Shown in pieces: positions 56,118 to 64,000 of a stretch of 64,000 nt of DNA. Position 1 is the stretch's first letter, and each line of letters begins with the position of its first letter. The stretch comes from Desulfuromonadales bacterium (lineage in GTDB: Bacteria; Desulfobacterota; Desulfuromonadia; Desulfuromonadales; SZUA-540), in assembly GCA_033549025.1 (NCBI GenBank), contig JAWSUS010000001.1:171685-235684 (forward strand). Reading direction: 5' to 3'. The notes under the pieces are model-generated. The model had not been told where the DNA came from, did not search any database, and worked only from the letters and a program-made list of their open reading frames with translations. A program made the translations under genes and the position numbers.

Positions 56118-56544
56118 ACGGATTACTATACATTCTACTGCACTGTGCTCTCCAAGAACAGCCATCAAAATCATCTGACCAGGCGATACGGGACATCCGC
56201 TTTGCGATTTAACCGGATTGTTTCCAGCAGTTCGGGCAATTGACCAGTCGTTGGCTCATTCGAATGGCCTTCTTCACCTTCTGAAAAAGTCCGAGCAACC
56301 TCAATACTTTCTCACCCGTTGGGGCATTTCCCCTATGGCCTTTCAGCCAAACGGCAGACAGTTCCTAACCGCCGTCAGAAAAATCATCCTAAAAACCTCA
56401 ACAAAGATCTGTTAAAATAGACCCTGCCTTAAAAAGTTCGCGAATCCCCCCATTTCGACCTAGGGCAAACCCCCTTACCTGAGCATGTGGTCGATCAGCT
56501 AGGCAACCGTGCCTGACAACCCCGCCGAAAGAGCAGATCACCCT

Positions 56545-56560
56545 TGGTGCAGCTCTTGCA
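56545..56560 (+). promoter_or_regulatory. Candidate sigma54 (-24/-12) promoter for the secretion operon
   Basis: TGGTGCAGCTCTTGCA: GG-N10-GC with TTGCA, about 70 nt upstream of the gspF-like ATG. Confidence 0.5.
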
Positions 56561-56628
56561 AACAAGCCTTTCGGCGCTATTATTTCAGGGTCATGCCCCT
56601 TTTTTAATGTAAGTATATTGGCGACATC

Positions 56629-57837
56629 ATGGGCACTTTTCGATGCAAAATAGGGACCGCTGACGGGCGGATCCTGGAAAAAGACCTGGATGCCGCCAGC
56701 AAGGGGATCCTGAAGGAGAGCCTTGAGGATCAGGGCTTCCATGTCTTTCGCATCCAAAGACGCGGGCTGCCCCTCTCAGGGGCCCTCAGCGGTCAGCAAG
56801 GGCGTCTGAGCAGCAGCCGCTTTCTCTCTTTCAATCAGGAATTCCTGGTTCTGCTGCGGGCCGGGCTGCCCATCCTGCAGGTACTGGACACCATCATGGA
56901 GCGGATGGAGTCAGGGCGCCTGCTGGAAATCCTGCGGGAAATCCGCGAGGATGTCAAAGGAGGCAGCTCCATCAGCGAGGCCTTCAACAGATTTCCCACC
57001 GTCTTTCCTTCCCTTTATATCGCCTCCATCCGGGCGGGGGAACGCACGGGTGAACTCCCCGTGGCCATCGAGCGTTTTATCGCCTACCAGAAACGGGTGG
57101 AGGCCATCAAAAGCAAGGTTCGCAACGCTTCTTTCTACCCGATCCTGCTATCGACGGCGGTGATTGCCGTGGTCCTTTTTCTCATGCTGTTCGTCATCCC
57201 CCGTTTCACGCAGGTCTACGCTGATGCCCAGGTAGAGCTGCCCCTGATGACCCGTTTTCTCATCACCGTCTCTCAGGGCATGGGAAAGGCAGCACCCCTG
57301 CTGGTGCCGCTTGTCATCCTGCTGGCTTTCATGGCCCGGGGATTTCTGCGCACCGAAAAGGGATATTGGCTGCGCGACAGGCTCAAACTGGTTCTTCCCT
57401 TTTTCGGTCAGCTTTTTAAAGACTATGCCCTGCTCAGTTTCTGCCGCACACTCGGCACCACCCTGGCCAGCGGCATCCCGGTGGTGCAGGCGATGCAGAT
57501 GTCCCGTGGCACCCTGAATAACCGCCTGCTGGAAGAGCGGCTGAGCCTGGCTGTCCGCCGGGTCCAGGAAGGCACCTCGCTGTCGGAAGCCCTGGAGGAG
57601 ACCGGTTTCTTTCCCAAACTGGCTCTGCGCATGATCGGCGTGGGCGAAACAGGCGGTTCTCTTTCTTCCATGCTGGAGGATGTCGCCATGTATTACGAGG
57701 GCGAGGTGGAAAAGAGGCTCGACCGTCTGACCACCCTCATCGAACCGGCGATGATGATGACCATAGGCCTGCTGATTGGGGCTATCGTCGTCGCCATGTA
57801 CCTGCCCATTTTCCAGCTTGCCGGCACGGCCGGCTGA
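56629..57837 (+). CDS. Type II secretion/type IV pilus inner-membrane platform protein (GspF/PilC family)
   Basis: LLRAGLPILQVL, AGERTGEL, YPILL, GVGETGGSL, LIEPAMM...AMYLPIF. Confidence 0.93.
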   Translation: MGTFRCKIGTADGRILEKDLDAASKGILKESLEDQGFHVFRIQRRGLPLSGALSGQQGRLSSSRFLSFNQEFLVLLRAGLPILQVLDTIMERMESGRLLEILREIREDVKGGSSISEAFNRFPTVFPSLYIASIRAGERTGELPVAIERFIAYQKRVEAIKSKVRNASFYPILLSTAVIAVVLFLMLFVIPRFTQVYADAQVELPLMTRFLITVSQGMGKAAPLLVPLVILLAFMARGFLRTEKGYWLRDRLKLVLPFFGQLFKDYALLSFCRTLGTTLASGIPVVQAMQMSRGTLNNRLLEERLSLAVRRVQEGTSLSEALEETGFFPKLALRMIGVGETGGSLSSMLEDVAMYYEGEVEKRLDRLTTLIEPAMMMTIGLLIGAIVVAMYLPIFQLAGTAG

Positions 57838-57856
57838 CGATATCGGGAGTTCGCGG

Positions 57857-59590
57857 ATGAATTTTGAGCGCAAAAAGATCGGGGAAATCCTGGTGGAGAT
57901 GGGGAACCTCACTCCTTCAGAGGTTAATCTGATCCTCGAGGAGAAGGGCGACAGCTACCGGCGTTTCGGCGAAACGGCCATCGCCAAAGGGATGCTCAAA
58001 GAGGACATTCTCGCCCAGGCTCTGGCCCGCCAGTTCCGCATGGAGTATCTTGATCCCGATTCGTTCAGCCTGGATGCGCAGCTCTATGCCGCCATTCCCA
58101 CCGGCCTGCCCGCCCGCTTCAATTTTCTTCCGATACGGCAACAGGGGGATGCCCTGGTGGTGGCCGTGGGCGACCCCACGGACGTAGCGGCTCTGGACAA
58201 TCTCGAGGTTATTCTCGGGCGTCCGCTCATACTGCAGGTGGCGCCGGCCGAAAGAATCCATCTTTTTCTCGAGCGCGCGGACGGGGGCTCCAAGCATGTC
58301 CTCAAGGAGGTGTCGGAAGACTTCAAGCTGCAGCTGGTAAAGGAGACGGACAAGGGGGAGGAAGTGCTCTCCATCGAGAAGCTGACGGCGGACACCAGCC
58401 CCATCATTCGCCTGATCGACTCGACCCTCTACGACGCCCTGGGCAAACGGGCCAGCGACATTCACATTGAGGCCAGCCACGAAGGGGTGATCATCAAATA
58501 CCGCGTCGACGGCGTGCTCTACCGCGCCACCGAGCCTCTCGACGGCCGTTTCCAGAGCCCGATCATCTCCCGCATCAAGGTCATGAGCGAACTCGACATC
58601 TCCGAGCGCCGCGTCCCCCAGGACGGCCGCTTCAAGGTGCGTCTGGGCGGCAAGTCCATCGATTTCCGTGTCTCCATCATGCCCAGCAGCTTTGGCGAGG
58701 ACGCCGTCATCCGTATTCTCGACAAAGAGGCCATCGCCTCCGACCTCAAGGGGCTGACGCTGGAGGCCCTGGGCATCAGCCCGCGAGAGATAGAACGTCT
58801 GCGCCGCATGATCCGCGAGCCCTACGGCATGGTGCTAGTCACGGGGCCGACGGGCAGCGGCAAAACGACCACCCTCTATGCCGCCCTGTCTGAAATCAAC
58901 AACGATCAGGAGAAGATCATCACCATCGAGGATCCGGTGGAATACCAGGTCTCCGGTGTGGTGCAGATCCCCGTCAACGAGAAGAAGGGGCTGACCTTTG
59001 CCCGCGGCCTGCGCTCCATCCTGCGCCACGACCCCGACAAGATCATGGTGGGCGAAATCCGCGACCCGGAGACGGCCCAGATCGCCGTGCAGTCGGCACT
59101 GACGGGACATCTGGTTTTCACCACAGTGCATGCCAATAACGTCTTCGACGTACTCGGCCGTTTTCTGCACATGGGTATCGATCCCTACAACTTCGTCTCC
59201 TGTCTCAACTGCGTCGCCGCCCAGCGCCTGGTGCGACGCATCTGCCCCAAATGCAAAAAACCCGTGCACTATGATCGTCAAACCCTTGAGCAGTCGGGCC
59301 TGAGCTTTGAGCAGTACGGCGATTTCACCTTCTACGAAGGAGCCGGCTGCGAAGACTGTCACGGCATGGGCTACAAAGGGCGCAGCGCCATTGTCGAACT
59401 GCTCGATCTCAACGATGAACTGCGGGAGCTGATCGTCCAGAAAGCCCCGGTCACCCAGCTGAAGAAGGCCGCCAGAGAGGCGGGCACCATCTTCCTGCGG
59501 GAAGCGGCGCTGGAAAAAGTCTTTGCCGGCCTGACCAGTCTGGCGGAAATCAACCGGGTAACCTTTATCGAACAGGTGGAGCCATCGTGA
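57857..59590 (+). CDS. Type II secretion/pilus assembly ATPase (GspE/PilB family)
   Basis: N-terminal RKKIGEILV (MshEN-like), ASDIHIE, PQDGR, GPTGSGKTTTLY, TIEDPVE, LRHDPD, CPKC/CEDC. Confidence 0.95.
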   Translation: MNFERKKIGEILVEMGNLTPSEVNLILEEKGDSYRRFGETAIAKGMLKEDILAQALARQFRMEYLDPDSFSLDAQLYAAIPTGLPARFNFLPIRQQGDALVVAVGDPTDVAALDNLEVILGRPLILQVAPAERIHLFLERADGGSKHVLKEVSEDFKLQLVKETDKGEEVLSIEKLTADTSPIIRLIDSTLYDALGKRASDIHIEASHEGVIIKYRVDGVLYRATEPLDGRFQSPIISRIKVMSELDISERRVPQDGRFKVRLGGKSIDFRVSIMPSSFGEDAVIRILDKEAIASDLKGLTLEALGISPREIERLRRMIREPYGMVLVTGPTGSGKTTTLYAALSEINNDQEKIITIEDPVEYQVSGVVQIPVNEKKGLTFARGLRSILRHDPDKIMVGEIRDPETAQIAVQSALTGHLVFTTVHANNVFDVLGRFLHMGIDPYNFVSCLNCVAAQRLVRRICPKCKKPVHYDRQTLEQSGLSFEQYGDFTFYEGAGCEDCHGMGYKGRSAIVELLDLNDELRELIVQKAPVTQLKKAAREAGTIFLREAALEKVFAGLTSLAEINRVTFIEQVEPS

Positions 59591-60492
59591 TTCGACGCAC
59601 CTATCTGGGACTGGACCTGCATGCCGGCCAAATCGCCGCCGTCGCCCTGCGTCGCCAGGGCAAAGGCTCCCTGTTGACGGGATCGGCCACCTCCCCCTTG
59701 CCCATGGACATCCTGAAGCCGTCCCTGCGCGATCCCAACATTCTCGACCCTGGGGCCTTTCAGAATAAAATCCGCCAGGCTCTGGGGCCATTGGCCGGGC
59801 GGGAGGACCGCATCGCCCTGTCTCTGCCTGAAGGATCGGGAAGGCTGCTGCTGACGGACACGGATACGGCTTTTGCCTCCCACGAAGAAGGGCGTGACAT
59901 CCTGCGCTGGCAGCTTAAAGCCCAGTTTCCCGCCGACCCCAAAGAAATTCAGCTGGACTACCAGGTGGTTGGAAAAACCGAGGGCGGGCGATACCGGCTG
60001 GCCGTTGCCTTTGCGACCCAAAGGGTCCTGAGTCAGTATGAAGAAGTCCTGTCACAGATCGGCTTCAATCCGGCCCATATCGATTTTCACACCCTGAACC
60101 TCTACAACTACTACCGGCCTCGCATCGATCTGGGGGAAGATTTTTTTCTCGTCGCCATCGAAGAAAATTCCTTGAGCCTGCAGTTTTTCCAGGGGCACCA
60201 CCTCGGTTTCCATCGCAGCCGCGACATCGAACCTTCCACCGAAGCCCTCTTTCAGGAACTGCTCAGAACCCTGGTCGGCTGCGCCAAAGATTTCCCCAAA
60301 TCCAGCCGGGCTGCCGTTTATCTGCACACCAACTGGCCGAACCGGGATGAGTTGTCCGACCCTCTCCGCTCAGCCTTTGGGCGCGAGCCGATACATCTCG
60401 ATCCCCATATCGATCGCATGGGTTCCGTTTCGGCCCTCATCCGCCCCCAAGATCTGGCCGCCGCTATCGGCGCGGCCGAACGTATGATGTGA
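59587..60492 (+). CDS. PilM-like cytoplasmic assembly protein
   Basis: YLGLDL N-terminal strand, IALSLPE, IQLDYQ, AAAIGAA; GTGA overlap with the ATPase. Confidence 0.78.
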   Translation: MIRRTYLGLDLHAGQIAAVALRRQGKGSLLTGSATSPLPMDILKPSLRDPNILDPGAFQNKIRQALGPLAGREDRIALSLPEGSGRLLLTDTDTAFASHEEGRDILRWQLKAQFPADPKEIQLDYQVVGKTEGGRYRLAVAFATQRVLSQYEEVLSQIGFNPAHIDFHTLNLYNYYRPRIDLGEDFFLVAIEENSLSLQFFQGHHLGFHRSRDIEPSTEALFQELLRTLVGCAKDFPKSSRAAVYLHTNWPNRDELSDPLRSAFGREPIHLDPHIDRMGSVSALIRPQDLAAAIGAAERMM

Positions 60493-60500
60493 GGCTTTTG

Positions 60501-61061
60501 ATGAAACCACAAATCAATCTCGCCAGCCGTTCTTATATCAATCGCCGGGGCCTTAATGCGCTGTACGCCGTACTCACGGTTCTCTTTCTTCTCCTGCTGA
60601 TTCTCAGCGGGCGCACTCTATTTTCGCTGCAGGCAAGACAGAGCCAGACCGAAACACACCTGGCCGAAGTCAGACAGACCCTGGGTTACCTGAAAAACGA
60701 TAAAAACGCCAAGCAGACCACCAGCGAGCTGGCGGCTCTGCGACAGGAAATCGCCTGGGCCAACGCCATACTGCTGCAGGATAGTTTCCGGTGGACCGCC
60801 CTGCTCGGCCACCTGGAAGAAGTCATCACGGAGACCACCCGCATCCGGGCGATTCAGCCCCAATTCAAGGAAGGGTCTCTCAAAATCAGCGGCGTGGCAA
60901 AGAACGTGACGGCTCTGCAGGATTTTCTCGATCGGATCGTCGCCTCGCCCCATTTTACCAGCGTCTATCTCTTCAGTCAGAGTCGGGTGGAAATCAAGGA
61001 TGCCGGCGGGCGCCCCCGCGAGGCGTTGAATTTTTCTCTCGAACTCAAGGGGGCCTTCTGA
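60501..61061 (+). CDS. PilN-like protein
   Basis: QINLA motif, single TM, coiled coil, WTALLGHLE, LKISGVA. Confidence 0.8.
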   Translation: MKPQINLASRSYINRRGLNALYAVLTVLFLLLLILSGRTLFSLQARQSQTETHLAEVRQTLGYLKNDKNAKQTTSELAALRQEIAWANAILLQDSFRWTALLGHLEEVITETTRIRAIQPQFKEGSLKISGVAKNVTALQDFLDRIVASPHFTSVYLFSQSRVEIKDAGGRPREALNFSLELKGAF

Positions 61062-61062
61062 T

Positions 61063-61638
61063 ATGAGCAGAGAGCACCTGATTCTGACTGCCTGGAAGCA
61101 GAATAAATTGTGGCCAAGCCTTTTGATGGTGCTGCTGCTGGCCAATGTCGCCCTTTTTGTGGTGGGAAACCAGGTCATCGCCCCGAAGGTGATGCGCCTG
61201 GAAGAACAGCTGGTAAAAAACCAGGCGGAAGCCCGGCTTGCCCGCCAGCAGGGAACCAACGCCGCTACTCCTGAAAATATTCTGATCCGCGGCAGGCAGG
61301 ATCTGCAATCCTTCCGCGAGGCGATACCGGGTAAGGAAACATTCAGCGAGTTGATCGGCGATGTGTCCCTGCTCGCCAACCGCGCCGGCCTGGAAATTGA
61401 CCAGATCACCTACGCCCCCGAGGAAAAACCGGAAGAAAAGCTTCTGGTCTATTCTCTATCCTTTACCGTTTCGGGAAGTTACCGACAGCTCAAAAAATTC
61501 ATTCATTCCCTGGAGCACTCCCCCCGGCTGATTGCCATACAGGAGCTTTCCCTGAGCGGCAGCAGTGAAAAACAGCAGGAAGGTGTCAGGATGCAGATAC
61601 GCCTTTCCACCTACTTCACTTCGGAGGTGGAACGATGA
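61063..61638 (+). CDS. PilO-like protein
   Basis: Single TM, coiled coil, VSGSYRQLKKFIHSLEHSPRLIAI. Confidence 0.82.
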   Translation: MSREHLILTAWKQNKLWPSLLMVLLLANVALFVVGNQVIAPKVMRLEEQLVKNQAEARLARQQGTNAATPENILIRGRQDLQSFREAIPGKETFSELIGDVSLLANRAGLEIDQITYAPEEKPEEKLLVYSLSFTVSGSYRQLKKFIHSLEHSPRLIAIQELSLSGSSEKQQEGVRMQIRLSTYFTSEVER

Positions 61639-62366
61639 ATAAAAAAAATCTGCTCGTGCTGCTGCTTGCCCTGCTCGGCCTCTCAGTCGCCTACGCGATT
61701 ATTCAATACCCCCGCCAGCAGAAAATCGCCCAAGGAAAATCGCCTGCCGCCAGAACCGCGAAGGATGACCTTTCGACCAGGGTGAGCGCCGATCCCGATC
61801 GCGTCCGACTCGATTTGCTGACCCCGGCCGATGAGTCTTTTGCCGCCCCCCAAAAAGATCTCTTCGGGCCTTTGTACCGCCCGGTGGCCCGCACCTCAAA
61901 GCCGGCGGCTCGCCCCCAGGTGAAGACGCCCGCGCCACCCCCTCCCCCACCACCGCAGCCCGTCCAAAAACCGCTGGCGCCCCTGCCTCGTTTTACTGTC
62001 CTGGGCTCGCTGGAAAAGGCCGGAGATAAACAGGTTTTTCTCTCTCTCGGTTCCGAATTGTATCTGGTCAGGCAAGGTAGCCGTTTTGGTCCTGGAGAAA
62101 AATTCCGTGTCGTCGACATGACTGACCGTCAACTGAGCATTCGCATGACCGGCGAAGACCGACTGATCACGTTGCCGCTGGTGGACAAAACGGCGGGGAA
62201 ACCCCTGGGGATCAAACGCAAGGTTTCAGCGCCCCTGCGTGAGCCGCTGCCGGCTACGGCAGAGCCGGTGGAACTGACCCTGCCTGAGAGCCCGACCCCG
62301 CAAGAACCACCGCCCGAGACTCCCATGGAAAGCGGCTCGGTTCCGTATCTGAAAATGCCCGAATGA
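61635..62366 (+). CDS. PilP/GspC-like proline-rich protein
   Basis: N-terminal TM, KDLF, Pro-rich linker, FTVLGSL...VFLS...LYLVRQG; between pilO-like and secretin genes. Confidence 0.7.
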   Translation: MNKKNLLVLLLALLGLSVAYAIIQYPRQQKIAQGKSPAARTAKDDLSTRVSADPDRVRLDLLTPADESFAAPQKDLFGPLYRPVARTSKPAARPQVKTPAPPPPPPPQPVQKPLAPLPRFTVLGSLEKAGDKQVFLSLGSELYLVRQGSRFGPGEKFRVVDMTDRQLSIRMTGEDRLITLPLVDKTAGKPLGIKRKVSAPLREPLPATAEPVELTLPESPTPQEPPPETPMESGSVPYLKMPE

Positions 62367-62389
62367 CGCCTGCCAAGAAGAGGTGCTTT

Positions 62390-64000
62390 ATGATGAGATA
62401 TATCCACAAAACCATCGCCGTCACCGTGCTGACTTCCTTCCTTCTGGCCGGTTGCGCTGGCCGCCAGGCTTTCCGGGATGGTGAACAACTACTGAATGAA
62501 GGCCGCTACGATCAGGCGGTGGCCAAATACGCCGAAGCCGTGGCCAAAAAACCGGACCGGCAGGAATACCGGATGAAACTCTTCACCGCCCGCGCCGAAG
62601 CCGGGCTCTGGTACCTGGAACAGGGGCAGAATCATCTGGAGAAGGAACGCTATGCCGAGGCAGTGGTCGCCTTTCAGCAGGCAGCTGCCCTCGATCCCAG
62701 CCTGGAAACGGCCAATCAGAAGCTCAAACTGGCCGCAACCCGTCTCAAAGCCCAACAGGCAACAGCGGAGGCCCGCCAGTTCTTCGACACAGACCGCCTG
62801 CCGCAGGCCCGCAAGAGCATCGAATTGGCGCTCCAGCTCGATCCCGACAACCAGGAAGCCAGGGCACTTCAAGAAGAAATCACCGCCGTGCGAATGACCG
62901 TCATCGACGGCTTTGAATTGGCGATAGCTTCCTCAGAGCCTCTCACTTTACGCTTCTCGGACACCAATATTCGCGATGCTTTCGGGATTCTCAGCCGACT
63001 GTCAGGCATCAACTTCATCTTCGACGAGGATATTCGCAGTCAGAAAGTCACCCTCTTTCTTGAAAAAGCCACCTTTGCCCAGGCCCTCGAACTCCTACTG
63101 ACCATGAACGACCTGAACAAGAAGGTCCTGAATCCCAAAACCCTCATCGTCTATCCCAAAACCCGCGACAAGCTCAAGCAATACGAAGAGCAGATTATCC
63201 AGACCTTTTACCTGTCTAACATTGAAGCCAAAAAGGCCGTCAACCTATTGCGCACCATGCTGCAGCTGCGCAAGATCTACGTTCACGAAGAACTCAACGC
63301 CCTGGTCATCCGCGATACGCCCGATGTCATCCGCCTGGCGGAGCAGGTTATCGCCGCGTCGGACCGACCGGATGCCGAAGTCGTTTTTGATCTGGAATTG
63401 ATCGAGGTGAAGCATGACGATACCATGACTCTCGGCCCAAAACTGAAGAGCTACCAGGTCGCCGGCGGCCTGGCCAAAGAAGGCGTCGATACAATTTCAG
63501 ATTCGATCACCCTGCGCAACTTCAACAACCTGGATTTTCTCTACACCATCCCCAGTGCCACTTTCGACTTTCAGAAGCAGCTGACCGATTCGGAGACCCT
63601 GGCCAATCCTAAAATCCGGGTCAAGAACAAGCAGAAAGCCAAGGTTCATGTCGGCAGCCGGGATCCGATAATAACGGCCACGATTTCCGACAATGGTGTG
63701 GTTTCGGAGAACATCCAGTATGTGGATACCGGCGTCAAGCTCGACGTCGAGCCCCTCATCAATCTGGACAACTCGGTCACCACGAAAATCACCCTGGAAC
63801 TCAGCAATGCCCAAAAAGGGTCGGCCACCCCCAACGGCACCGTTCCCCTCATTATTACCACCACCAACGCCCAGACGGTGCTGAGTCTGAGCGACGGGCA
63901 ACGGACCATCATCGGTGGTCTGATCAAGGATGATGCCTCCAAAACCAAAACCACCTTCCCCTTTATCGGCGCCATTCCCATCATAGGCGACCTGATTTCG
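62390..64000 (+). CDS. TPR-containing lipoprotein secretin (GspD/PilQ family), runs off window end
   Basis: Manual translation MMRYIHKTIAVTVLTSFLLAGCAGRQAF... (lipobox LAGC, TPRs), then LSGINFIFDEDI, IQTFYLSN, LANPKIRV, VHVGSRDPI, YVDTGVKLDVEP, IIGGLI, PLIGAIPIIGDLI. Confidence 0.92.
   Translation, partial: MMRYIHKTIAVTVLTSFLLAGCAGRQAFRDGEQLLNEGRYDQAVAKYAEAVAKKPDRQEYRMKLFTARAEAGLWYLEQGQNHLEKERYAEAVVAFQQAAALDPSLETANQKLKLAATRLKAQQATAEARQFFDTDRLPQARKSIELALQLDPDNQEARALQEEITAVRMTVIDGFELAIASSEPLTLRFSDTNIRDAFGILSRLSGINFIFDEDIRSQKVTLFLEKATFAQALELLLTMNDLNKKVLNPKTLIVYPKTRDKLKQYEEQIIQTFYLSNIEAKKAVNLLRTMLQLRKIYVHEELNALVIRDTPDVIRLAEQVIAASDRPDAEVVFDLELIEVKHDDTMTLGPKLKSYQVAGGLAKEGVDTISDSITLRNFNNLDFLYTIPSATFDFQKQLTDSETLANPKIRVKNKQKAKVHVGSRDPIITATISDNGVVSENIQYVDTGVKLDVEPLINLDNSVTTKITLELSNAQKGSATPNGTVPLIITTTNAQTVLSLSDGQRTIIGGLIKDDASKTKTTFPFIGAIPIIGDLIS

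Noticed and set aside
56120..56628. c-di-GMP-I (GEMM) riboswitch upstream of the secretion operon or subtilase
   Set aside because: GGGCAAAC (~56463) and CGCAAAGC (minus strand, ~56200) occur separately and on opposite strands, without the GAAA-loop/GACGCAAA architecture. An Infernal search would settle it.
56218..56757. Short ORFs in the divergent region (56218-56415 +, 56398-56757 -), including a possible tnpA remnant
   Set aside because: No HUH/Y1 motif or other recognisable features; they lie outside the element ends, and one overlaps the gspF-like gene.

Overview
GC-rich bacterial chromosomal window. Gene content and order point to a Desulfuromonas/Geobacter-like deltaproteobacterium (inference). 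Most of it is housekeeping: lpxD(partial)-skp-bamA-lolD-lolC/E-lysS-prfB (programmed +1 frameshift)-lnt-corC-dgkA-ybeY-7TM/HD-phoH, then eno, ftsH, tgt, rlpA, accA, dnaE, maf, galE, guaAB, miaB, typA, an lpoB lipoprotein cluster and the start of a T2SS/type IV pilus-like operon. Four things stand out. (1) A complete non-autonomous IS200/IS605-family OMEGA element (54463-56097) carries an apparently intact IscB, an omegaRNA scaffold and matching terminal hairpins. It sits exactly between the ribosome-binding site and the ATG of a subtilase gene, so the ATGA(A) TAM is the start codon and the guide is the gene's own leader. (2) A stand-alone Cas6-family gene, with no array or other cas genes in the window, lies head-to-head with a slightly atypical tgt. 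(3) A MazG-like/WYL/unknown-protein/Maf module has a perfect palindromic operator in the -35 position of the unknown gene's promoter. (4) The subtilase's C-terminal Fn3-like domain is interrupted by a TM-basic-TM/lipobox-Gly-rich insert. An unannotated 56-aa zinc-ribbon gene and heptamer-based intergenic inverted repeats were also found. All calls are by eye from motifs; no database searches were run.
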